NCBI GenBank assembly: GCA_903902895.1 | Contig: CAIUWO010000534.1 | Span: forward strand, 1 to 56,782 | DNA: 56,782 nt | Source of the DNA: Candidatus Hydrogenedentota bacterium | GTDB taxonomy: Bacteria > Hydrogenedentota > Hydrogenedentia > Hydrogenedentales > CAITNO01 | Direction: 5' to 3' | Shown: positions 26,434 to 34,739 of the stretch, one piece after another | How positions within the stretch are numbered: position 1 is the stretch's first letter | Layout: each line of letters begins with the position of its first letter | Translations under genes and position numbers: made by a program | Notes under the pieces: model-generated | The model's database searches: none | Seen by the model: only the letters and a program-made list of their open reading frames with translations | Told to the model about the DNA's origin: nothing

Positions 26434-27717
26434 ATGAAGCTGACGGTAATCGGCGGCGGAAGTTCCTATACTCCGGAACTGTTGGACGGGCTTTTCAGCC
26501 GGTTGGAGCAGATTCCGGTCTCTGAAGTGTGGATGATGGACCGGGACGAACGGCGCTTGGGGATTAATGCGGCGTTTGCGCGGCGGATGGCGGAGAAGAA
26601 CGGCAACCCCTTCACGGTGCACGCGACCACCGATATGCGCGCGGCGGTCAAAGACGCCAAGTACGTCATCACGCAGATTCGCGTGGGGCAGATGCAGGCG
26701 CGGATTAATGACGAAAAGCTGGGGCTGAAGTACGGCATCGTCGGCCAGGAGACGACCGGGGTGGGCGGATTCGCCTGCGCGCTGCGCACGATTCCACGCA
26801 TTCTCGAAGTCGCGCATGCGATGGAGGAACTGGCGCCCCAGGGCTTCCTGCTCAATTTCACCAATCCGGCCGGCATCAACACCGAGGCGGTGATTAAACA
26901 CAGCAAGATACGCACGGTCGGCCTGTGCAACGTTCCCATTGGCATCATCATGGACGTGCTGAAGCATACGGGCGGCGAAGTGAGCGACCTGGAACTGGAT
27001 TATGTGGGGCTGAACCACCTCGCGTGGGTGCGCAAGTTTGTCTTCCAGGGGAACGACATCACACAGACGGTGATCGAGAAGTTCATTGAGAACGCCGCCG
27101 AGGAGTGGGAAGTCGAGGCCACCCGCGAGAACATGATTACGGCGATACGCCGGCTGAACATGATCGTTAATCCGTACCTTCAGTACTACTACTCAACCGA
27201 CACCGTATTGGACACGCTCAAAACGAAGGAGTGCACGCGCGGCGAGGAAGTGGTGAAGGTCGAAGAGAGCCTCTTCGAGAAGTATCAGGACGTGGAGCTG
27301 AAGGAAAAGCCCGAAGAATTGAGCAAGCGGGGCGGGGCGCACTATTCGACAGCCGCGTTCCACCTGGTGGACGCGATAGAGAACAACCGGGGCAACCGCC
27401 AGATCGTCTGCTGCCGCAACAACGGCGCGGTGCCGACCTTTGACGACGACGTTGCGGTTGAGATTCCGGCAATCATCGGCGACAACGGGGCCGCGGGCAT
27501 TCCCCAGGCCAGGCCAGAACTGCCGATTCGCGGCCTGATGCAGCTGGTCAAGGCCTATGAATCACTCACCGTGGAAGCGGCGGTTAAAGGCGACCGCACC
27601 GCCGCGTTCAACGCGATGCTGCTGCACCCGCTCATGCCGGACGCCAACGGTTGCAAGGCGCTGCTCGAAGAGTTGCTTGAGATTAACCGGCCCCATCTGC
27701 AGGGGACCTTCTTCTAG
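26434..27717 (+). CDS. Glycoside hydrolase family 4 (6-phospho-beta-glucosidase-like, NAD/Mn-dependent)
   Basis: MKLTVIGGGSSYTPELLDG, QIRVGQMQARINDEK, GIVGQETTGVGGFACALRTIP, NFTNPAGI, and VGLCNVPI followed by GLNHLAW. Confidence 0.9.
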   Translation: MKLTVIGGGSSYTPELLDGLFSRLEQIPVSEVWMMDRDERRLGINAAFARRMAEKNGNPFTVHATTDMRAAVKDAKYVITQIRVGQMQARINDEKLGLKYGIVGQETTGVGGFACALRTIPRILEVAHAMEELAPQGFLLNFTNPAGINTEAVIKHSKIRTVGLCNVPIGIIMDVLKHTGGEVSDLELDYVGLNHLAWVRKFVFQGNDITQTVIEKFIENAAEEWEVEATRENMITAIRRLNMIVNPYLQYYYSTDTVLDTLKTKECTRGEEVVKVEESLFEKYQDVELKEKPEELSKRGGAHYSTAAFHLVDAIENNRGNRQIVCCRNNGAVPTFDDDVAVEIPAIIGDNGAAGIPQARPELPIRGLMQLVKAYESLTVEAAVKGDRTAAFNAMLLHPLMPDANGCKALLEELLEINRPHLQGTFF

Positions 27718-27784
27718 GCGGATCGGCGCCATGAGGCGCACCGCGTGCTTCACAAACCGGCCCAAGGGACCAAGGAGAAACACG

Positions 27785-28678
27785 ATGACCCGTCCAGCCA
27801 TTTGCCAGACCAGCCTTCCCGGGCGCGAACCCGACAAGCGGGGCAAGGTGCGCGACATCTACGACCTCGGGGACAACCTCTTGATTGTGGCGACCGATCG
27901 CCTTTCGGCATTCGACTGGGTGAACCCCGTGGGCATTCCGGACAAGGGACGGATGCTGACGCAGATTTCCCTGTTCTGGTTTGAACAGGTGAAGAACCTC
28001 TGCACGAACCACCTGATTTCGGCCAACATCGCCGATTTCCCCGCCGAGTTCCAGGCGCACCCGGAGATTTTTGAAGGGCGGTCGATGCTCGTGCGCAAGT
28101 GCGAGATCTTCCCCGTGGAATTCATCATCCGGGGTTACCTTGCGGGCAGCGGTCTCAAGGAGTACCGCCAGCAGGGCACCGTGTGCGGCATAAAGCTCCC
28201 TGAGGGACTGGTCGAGGCGAGCAAACTGGAACAGCCCATCTACACGCCGTCGACCAAAGCGAAGTCCGGACACGACATAAACATCAGCCCCGAAGAGGCT
28301 GCCGAGGTGATAGGCAAGGACTGGAACGACCTGGCGTCTGCGACGGCCATCAGGGTTTACGAGCGCGCACGCGACATCGCGGCGGAGCGCGGCATCCTGC
28401 TTTGCGACACCAAATTCGAGTTTGGCGTGCGCGAGGGCAAACTGATCCTTGCGGACGAGATACTGACGCCCGATTCCTCCCGGTTCTGGCCTGCGGACCA
28501 ATATCAGCCCGGAAAGAGCCAGCCGAGTTACGACAAGCAGTTCGTGCGCGACTGGCTGGAAACAACGGATTGGGACAAGAACTCCCCGCAGCCGCCGCTT
28601 CCGGCCGACGTGGTGGAAAAGACGCGCGCGAAGTACCTGGAAGCCTATACCCGCCTGACGGGCAAGAAGGACCTGTAA
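27785..28678 (+). CDS. purC: Phosphoribosylaminoimidazole-succinocarboxamide synthase
   Basis: AAGGAG upstream of ATG 27785. Motifs GKVRDIYDLGDNLLIVATDRLSAFD, LLCDTKFEFG, and ILADEILTPDSSRFW followed by SYDKQFVRDWL. Confidence 0.95.
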   Translation: MTRPAICQTSLPGREPDKRGKVRDIYDLGDNLLIVATDRLSAFDWVNPVGIPDKGRMLTQISLFWFEQVKNLCTNHLISANIADFPAEFQAHPEIFEGRSMLVRKCEIFPVEFIIRGYLAGSGLKEYRQQGTVCGIKLPEGLVEASKLEQPIYTPSTKAKSGHDINISPEEAAEVIGKDWNDLASATAIRVYERARDIAAERGILLCDTKFEFGVREGKLILADEILTPDSSRFWPADQYQPGKSQPSYDKQFVRDWLETTDWDKNSPQPPLPADVVEKTRAKYLEAYTRLTGKKDL

Positions 28679-28719
28679 ACGTGGAATCGGACCATTTTGA
28701 CGATTCAGACGCCGCAGGG

Positions 28720-30177
28720 ATGGACCCGCTTTGCGCTGACACCGCTCATGACGACGACAGCATGCATGAGGAGTGCGGCGTTTTTGGGGTCTTCGGCCAT
28801 CCGGAAGCGCCAAAGCTTATCTATCTGGGGCTGTATGCGCTGCAGCACCGCGGACAGGAGGGGGCTGGCATTGTCTGCTCAGACGAGGGCGTGCTCAAGG
28901 CGCATCGGGGAATCGGACTGGTTTCAGACGTGTTCAAGCCGCACAAACTCGCCCGCGTGACCGGCGACCGGGGCATCGGCCACGTGCGCTATTCAACCTT
29001 CGGTTCGAGCAACCTGAGCAACGTGCACCCGCTGGTGGCCGATTATGCGCGGGGATCGATGGCGGTGGCCCACAATGGAAACATCACGAACGGCGCGCTG
29101 CTTCGTGAGGAGTTGGAAGAGCAAGGCGCTATTTTTCAGGGCACCACGGACACCGCCGTCATACTTCACCTCATATCCCGCTGCAAGAAGGCCACATTCA
29201 CCGAGTGCCTTATCGAGGCGCTTGGCCAGTTGGTGGGCTCCTACTGCGTTGTCGCCATGAACGGGTCGGAGGTGGTGGCCGCGCGGGATCCGCACGGTTT
29301 CCGCCCCCTATGGCTGGGCAAACTGGACGGCGGCTGGGCGCTTGCGAGCGAGACCTGCGCGCTGGACATTATTGACGCCGAGTGGGTGCGCGAGATAGAG
29401 CCGGGCGAGGTGGTCACGATCACCGAGGAGGGCATCACCTCCGTGAAGCCCTTCGCCCCGGCGGTGCCCAAGCAGTGCGTGTTTGAATTTGTCTATGTGG
29501 CGCGCCCGGACAGCTACATCTTCGGCAAGAGCGTGGACGAGGTGCGCAAGAACCTCGGGCGCGAACTGGCGCTGACGGCGCCGGTGGACGCCGACATCGT
29601 GATGGCGGTGCCCGATTCGAGCAACCCGGCCGCGCTGGGCTATTCGCACCAGTCCGGGCTGCCCTTTGACATGGGCTTCATCCGCAACCACTACGTGGGG
29701 CGCACCTTCATTGAGCCCGATCAGGGCATCCGCGACTTCGGGGTCAAGATCAAACTCAACCCGTCGCGCCATGCGGTCAGCGGCAAGCGCATTGTGCTTG
29801 TCGATGACAGTATTGTGCGGGGGACAACGGCGAAAAAGATTATCAAGATGCTGCGCGCCTGCGGCGCGAAAGAGGTGCACTTCCGCATCGCCTCGCCCAA
29901 GATTATCGCGTCGTGCTTCTACGGCATAGACACGCCCAACAAGACGAAACTCATCGCCCACAACATGAGCGTCGAGGAGATTCGCGACTATCTCGGGGTG
30001 GACTCGCTTGCATACCTGGAGATAGACGCGCTGCTTCGGGCGACCGGCTGCGAGCCGTCCACCTTTTGCACAGCCTGTTTCACTGGCAAATATCCCACGC
30101 TCGTGCCGGACGATTACGTCCCCAAGAACAACAACAAGCGGCACGTGGACCACAGCACGGAAGTGTACGGCTTGTAG
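28720..30177 (+). CDS. purF: Amidophosphoribosyltransferase
   Basis: N-terminal nucleophile context MHEECGVFGVFGH, LQHRGQEGAGI, the PRT motif VLVDDSIVRGTT, and a Cys-rich 4Fe-4S-type tail (CFYGIDTP...CTACFTGKYP). The start is uncertain: GTG 28681, ATG 28720 or ATG 28762. A short propeptide before Cys is expected. Confidence 0.9.
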   Translation: MDPLCADTAHDDDSMHEECGVFGVFGHPEAPKLIYLGLYALQHRGQEGAGIVCSDEGVLKAHRGIGLVSDVFKPHKLARVTGDRGIGHVRYSTFGSSNLSNVHPLVADYARGSMAVAHNGNITNGALLREELEEQGAIFQGTTDTAVILHLISRCKKATFTECLIEALGQLVGSYCVVAMNGSEVVAARDPHGFRPLWLGKLDGGWALASETCALDIIDAEWVREIEPGEVVTITEEGITSVKPFAPAVPKQCVFEFVYVARPDSYIFGKSVDEVRKNLGRELALTAPVDADIVMAVPDSSNPAALGYSHQSGLPFDMGFIRNHYVGRTFIEPDQGIRDFGVKIKLNPSRHAVSGKRIVLVDDSIVRGTTAKKIIKMLRACGAKEVHFRIASPKIIASCFYGIDTPNKTKLIAHNMSVEEIRDYLGVDSLAYLEIDALLRATGCEPSTFCTACFTGKYPTLVPDDYVPKNNNKRHVDHSTEVYGL

Positions 30178-30287
30178 GAACTTGCGTGCGCGCCCTGCCG
30201 CGTTCCCGGCGATATTTGATTTGTCTTCTGCAAAGTGTTTGAATGCTTTCCGTTTGGCAGCACTCAACCCCGAAAAGGAAGCATTTC

Positions 30288-31301
30288 ATGGCTCCGCTTA
30301 AAGTCGCCGTTGTGGGCATGGGCAATATCGGCAACGTGCACGCGCGCTGTTACCAGGCCAATCCGAAGACGAAGATTGCCGCCGTGTGCGACCTGGTCCG
30401 GGAAAAGGCCGATGCCGCGGCGGCAGCCTACGGGGCACGGGCCTTTTACAGCGTCCAGGAAATGCTCCAGTCGGGTTTGAAGATAGACTGCGCCAGCATG
30501 TGCACCGCCGGGAGGGAAAACGGGGGCGACCACTACACGCCGACCATGGAACTGCTGACGGCGGGCATCTCCACGCTGGGCGAAAAGCCGATTTCCAACG
30601 AAATCGACAAAGCGAAAAAGATGGTTGCGCTGGCGCGGAAGAACAACGTCCGCTATGCCATCGATCTGAATCACCGGTTCACCCCGGCGGCGCGCCTGGC
30701 GAGGCAGTGGGTGGATGAGGGCAGGCTGGGCCATCTGCACATCATTAACATGACGATGTGGATAGACAATCCAAACGAGACGGCGGAGCATTTCCACGCG
30801 CGCGCGCTGCACCCCCACTCCATTGATGTCATGCGCTATTTCTGCGGTGACGTGGCCAGGGTGCAGGCGTTCTTCAATCACGGCCAGACCCGCGACGGCA
30901 AGGTGCGCAAATGCTGGTCCAATCTCCAGGCAAACATGCTCTTTGAGAGCGGCGTGGTCGGGCATCTCACGGGCAGTTACGACGCGGGCGGCGGATTCGG
31001 CCTGGAGCGCTGCGAGGTGACCGGCAGCCGGGGCCGTTTTGTCCTGGAGGAGGCCTGCGAGGACCTTACCCTCTACAGCCGGAACAACAGCGGCCGCGAG
31101 TCGCACCATCACCTGGGGGGCATGACCAATTTCGGCGAAACCTTCGCCTCGCGCATCGCCGTATGGGTCGACCAGAACGTGAAGAAAGTAAAACCTGCCC
31201 AGGTGGACGGCAGCGGCGAGGACGCCCTGCGCGCGCAGAAGGTCATTGAGGCGTGCATCACGTCGTGGAACACGAACAAGGTCGTTTCGGTCAAGTACTA
31301 A
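30288..31301 (+). CDS. Gfo/Idh/MocA-family NAD(P)-dependent oxidoreductase (cytoplasmic)
   Basis: Rossmann N-terminus LKVAVVGMGNIGNVHARCY and the typical EKP block LGEKPISNE. No signal peptide. Confidence 0.85.
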   Translation: MAPLKVAVVGMGNIGNVHARCYQANPKTKIAAVCDLVREKADAAAAAYGARAFYSVQEMLQSGLKIDCASMCTAGRENGGDHYTPTMELLTAGISTLGEKPISNEIDKAKKMVALARKNNVRYAIDLNHRFTPAARLARQWVDEGRLGHLHIINMTMWIDNPNETAEHFHARALHPHSIDVMRYFCGDVARVQAFFNHGQTRDGKVRKCWSNLQANMLFESGVVGHLTGSYDAGGGFGLERCEVTGSRGRFVLEEACEDLTLYSRNNSGRESHHHLGGMTNFGETFASRIAVWVDQNVKKVKPAQVDGSGEDALRAQKVIEACITSWNTNKVVSVKY

Positions 31302-31319
31302 CGCGCAGAAGGGACAACC

Positions 31320-32120
31320 ATGATAAAGCTGGGAGTGAACACGGTCCTATTCGGCGGGTTCGACTTTCGGACCGCCATGGAGCACATCAAGTGGGCGGGG
31401 TATGACGGCGCGGAGATTTCGGCCATCAAGGGGATGTGCGAGCATCTGTGCCTGGACAACTGGCAGGCGCAGGCGGGTGAAATTAGGGCAATATCTGCGG
31501 ACTTGGCGCTGCCAATCACCGCAATGGAAGAGGCCGCGCTCGACGAGGACCGGCTGATAATGGCCTACCAGGCGGCCGCGGAGATCGGCATTCCGGTGGT
31601 GAATGTTGGGCCGGGAGGCGTGTCCAACAGCGAGGAGGACCTGCACGCTTCCATCGCGAGGCTTGAACGCCTGGCCGAGAAGGCCGAGGCCTTTGGCGTC
31701 ACGCTGTGCGTAAAGGCCCATGTGGGCGCGGCGATCTGGAACACGGCGACCACGCTGGTGGCGATGGCTCAAATCGACTCCCCCGCCTTCGGCATTGACA
31801 TGGACCCGAGTCACATCCACCGCGGCGGCGAGGTGCCCCGGGAGGCGCTGGAGAAGGTGGTCTCGCGCGTGCGGCACGTTCATATCCGCGACTGTGCGGG
31901 GCTTGGGCCGTCGCCGGGCACCCCTGAAATGCAGGCCTGCGGCCGGGGCGAGATTGACCTGCCGGGCTATTGCCGGGTGCTGGTCGAGGCGGGCTACGAC
32001 GGACCGGTGAATCTGGAAGTTATCGGCGCGGGCGAATACCCGCTGAGCCGCTGCGCGGTCATCGCGGCCGAGAGTTACGGTTATCTGAACGCCTGCCTCA
32101 AGCAGTGCGGCGGACGTTGA
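31320..32120 (+). CDS. Xylose-isomerase-like TIM-barrel protein (sugar phosphate isomerase/epimerase family)
   Basis: 266 aa, starting 19 nt after the oxidoreductase. Blocks AGYDGAEIS and VHIRD, and a tail GYDGPVNLEV typical of the AP_endonuc_2 fold. Confidence 0.8.
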   Translation: MIKLGVNTVLFGGFDFRTAMEHIKWAGYDGAEISAIKGMCEHLCLDNWQAQAGEIRAISADLALPITAMEEAALDEDRLIMAYQAAAEIGIPVVNVGPGGVSNSEEDLHASIARLERLAEKAEAFGVTLCVKAHVGAAIWNTATTLVAMAQIDSPAFGIDMDPSHIHRGGEVPREALEKVVSRVRHVHIRDCAGLGPSPGTPEMQACGRGEIDLPGYCRVLVEAGYDGPVNLEVIGAGEYPLSRCAVIAAESYGYLNACLKQCGGR

Positions 32121-32145
32121 ATCCCCGACCGGGAAGGAGCATGAC

Positions 32146-33486
32146 ATGGCGAAGAAACTGCCCAATATCCTGATCTTTGCAATTGACAGCATCCGGCGCG
32201 ACCACATGAGCTGCTACGGCTACCCGCGGCTCACAACGCCCCATTTCGACCGCCTTGCGGCGCGGGGAACCCTGATTGAGAACGGGTTCAGCCCGTATAT
32301 CCCCACGACCCCCGCCTATTCCAGCATGGTTACGGGGCAGGACGTCATTTCGCACCAAATGGTGAGCCTTGGACCCAAGGGACCGCTTGACCCAAATCAT
32401 CCGACGCTGCCGGAAATGCTCAAGACGGCGGGATACACCAGCACGGTCGTGGGATTCGACGAGGGCTTCTTCCGCGGCTTCGACAAGTACCTCAATTTCG
32501 AGGGGTGGATGGCCTGGGAAGACCGGCCGGCGCGCAAGGCCGAGAACCTAAACGCGGTGACAATTCCCGAGATGGACCGCCTGCACAATACGGGCAAGCC
32601 GTGGTTCCTGTTCCTGCGCCACATGGACCCGCACTCCCCCTACCTCCCGCCGCCGCCCTTCGACACGATGTTCTACTCCAAGAACCCCTGCGCCAAGGGC
32701 AACAAGAGCATGGAGCCGGTGAAGAGGTTCAAGCCGTTCCGCGACTTCCATCTGTCCTGGATGCCGCCGGGCATCACGGACAAGGATTATGTCATCGCCC
32801 AATACGACGGCGAACTGGCGTACATGGACGCCTGCTGCGCGCGCATCGTGACGCATCTTGAGGAGCTTGGCTGCGCCGAAGAAACGCTGATCGTCATCAC
32901 CGGCGACCACGGCGAAACGCTGTACGACCACGATATTCACTTCGATCACCACGGGCTGTACGAACCTACGCTTGTGGTACCGCTCATTTACTACTGGCCG
33001 GGCAGGGTTCCGGCAGGCGTGCGCAGCAAGGCGTACGCTTTCCACGAGGATATGATTCCGACCGTGCTGGATGTGTGCGGGCTGAAGTCGCTGGCCAGGG
33101 GCGTCAAGTTCGACGGTGTCTCCCTGACGAAGTACTTCGACAAGACCGGTGAATCGCCTCGTTCGGAGTTCTACATCACCGAATGCACGTGGATGCGCAA
33201 ACACGGATGGCGCACGCCCATTTGGAAATTCTGGGACGCGCTGGAGCCCGACTTTCACGGCAAGCCTCCGGTGGAACTGTACAACCTCATCGAGGACCCA
33301 GAAGAGTCGGTCAATCTGGCGGACAAAGAACCGGCCATTGTGGAGATGCTGCGCGCCCGTATGAACGCCTGGATCGCCAAGCGCTGCAAGAAGACCGGCA
33401 AGGGCAATCCCATAAATGACTACGAGATCGGGTTGGACAAGCACATCGGGTCGGTGGCCACGGCGAAAAAGCTTCAGTCTCGATAA
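32146..33486 (+). CDS. Sulfatase-like alkaline-phosphatase-superfamily hydrolase/transferase lacking the formylglycine motif
   Basis: GGAAGGAG 6 nt before the ATG. PNILIFAIDSIRRDHMSCYG and GDHGE blocks fit the sulfatase fold. The C/S-x-P-x-R position reads T-T-P-A-Y (32305-32319). Confidence 0.8.
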   Translation: MAKKLPNILIFAIDSIRRDHMSCYGYPRLTTPHFDRLAARGTLIENGFSPYIPTTPAYSSMVTGQDVISHQMVSLGPKGPLDPNHPTLPEMLKTAGYTSTVVGFDEGFFRGFDKYLNFEGWMAWEDRPARKAENLNAVTIPEMDRLHNTGKPWFLFLRHMDPHSPYLPPPPFDTMFYSKNPCAKGNKSMEPVKRFKPFRDFHLSWMPPGITDKDYVIAQYDGELAYMDACCARIVTHLEELGCAEETLIVITGDHGETLYDHDIHFDHHGLYEPTLVVPLIYYWPGRVPAGVRSKAYAFHEDMIPTVLDVCGLKSLARGVKFDGVSLTKYFDKTGESPRSEFYITECTWMRKHGWRTPIWKFWDALEPDFHGKPPVELYNLIEDPEESVNLADKEPAIVEMLRARMNAWIAKRCKKTGKGNPINDYEIGLDKHIGSVATAKKLQSR

Positions 33487-34454
33487 AGCAACGGCGCAGA
33501 CAATTTCTTCTGCCGGGTCAGCAAGTCCCTGATGATGGCGTTCGCATTCTCGGCCGTGATGCCGCAGGGCTCGCAGTAGACTTCCGGGTGGATGGGCTTC
33601 TTGAAGGTGTCGGGCGTGTGCGCGTCGGTGGAGACCGTGAATTTCACCCCGCCGTCGGCGAGGGGCTTGATGTCGGCGATAAGCGCCTCGCGCGTGTTCG
33701 GGGTGTCCCAATAGCCTTCGGTGCCGCTGCCCATCTCAATGTAAATGGATTTATCCTTCAACAGCCGTATCACTTCCTCCTGCTGGCCGGGCTTGAAAAA
33801 GCGCAGTTCATCGACGGTGAGTGACTCGCGTGTGCGCCCGGCCTTCTTGGCAAGCTTTTCCATGCGGCCCAGCCGGGCGGGGAAGGGGTGAAAGAGAATC
33901 ATCGGCACGTCGAGTTTATTCTGTGCCTCGATGACCTGCTTGATGCGTCGTATAAGCAGGGCGCCGTTCGGCTCGTCGCCTTCGTGTGTCGAAGAAATAT
34001 GCCAGCCTATGATCTGGGCGTCTTTGAGCGGTTCGTAGTTGACGCCGTCGTCCAGATCAAACTCAGCCACTTCCCAACCCTTGAAGATCAGGAGGTCCTT
34101 GCGCGCCGCGGCCAGCGTGCCGATGTCCGCAATGAATGCGCGATGCCCCTCCCTGCCCATGGGATACCACTGCTGGACGCCTTCCTCCCGGGCCCACTCT
34201 CCGTATTCTTTGGGAGTTCGATCGTACAGTTCGATGTGGTCGAGGCAGAAGAGGACCTTGCGCCCGTCGGCGACAGACAGGTCTATCCATTGGTTGAGCG
34301 GCAGGCGGCGCTCCAGACCGCAATGGATGTGCATGTCCATTTCACGCAGGGAGTACCGCGGCGTGTCCTGCGCGGTGGCGTTCAGGACGGCCATGGCGCA
34401 GAGGCACAACAGCGCGCCGGCGGTCAGATTCGCCTTTTCCAAGACGTGCGGCAT
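33474..34454 (-). CDS. Secreted PHP-like / metal-dependent phosphoesterase (tentative)
   Basis: Signal peptide MPHVLEKANLTAGALLCLCAMAVLNATAQD. N-terminal HxH (MDMHIHCG) and a C-terminal STDAH block. The start could also be ATG 34472. The 3' end overlaps the convergent sulfatase-like gene by 13 nt. Confidence 0.5.
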   Translation of the reverse strand: MPHVLEKANLTAGALLCLCAMAVLNATAQDTPRYSLREMDMHIHCGLERRLPLNQWIDLSVADGRKVLFCLDHIELYDRTPKEYGEWAREEGVQQWYPMGREGHRAFIADIGTLAAARKDLLIFKGWEVAEFDLDDGVNYEPLKDAQIIGWHISSTHEGDEPNGALLIRRIKQVIEAQNKLDVPMILFHPFPARLGRMEKLAKKAGRTRESLTVDELRFFKPGQQEEVIRLLKDKSIYIEMGSGTEGYWDTPNTREALIADIKPLADGGVKFTVSTDAHTPDTFKKPIHPEVYCEPCGITAENANAIIRDLLTRQKKLSAPLLYRD

Positions 34455-34739
34455 GTTTTTTGCGACCTCCATCAACAACACCCAAGTTTGCCGGGGGAGC
34501 ACTCTTCCAATAGGGCAACCGAAACGACCGCTCCCGGGTCCAAATGGCATATGTGGGCTTTGCGCCGTGACAGCGCCACCGGATGCCAATGGCCAGAGTA
34601 TGGTTAATGCAAAGCCGTGGAGACAAATGCGCTGGCTGCTCAATGTGTCTGCCGGCGGGAAGGACCGCACGATGGCCGCTCTTTCGACGGCCGGAACAGT
34701 GCTCAGTCTTTCTTTCGAAACGGTTGACTATAACGCGAG

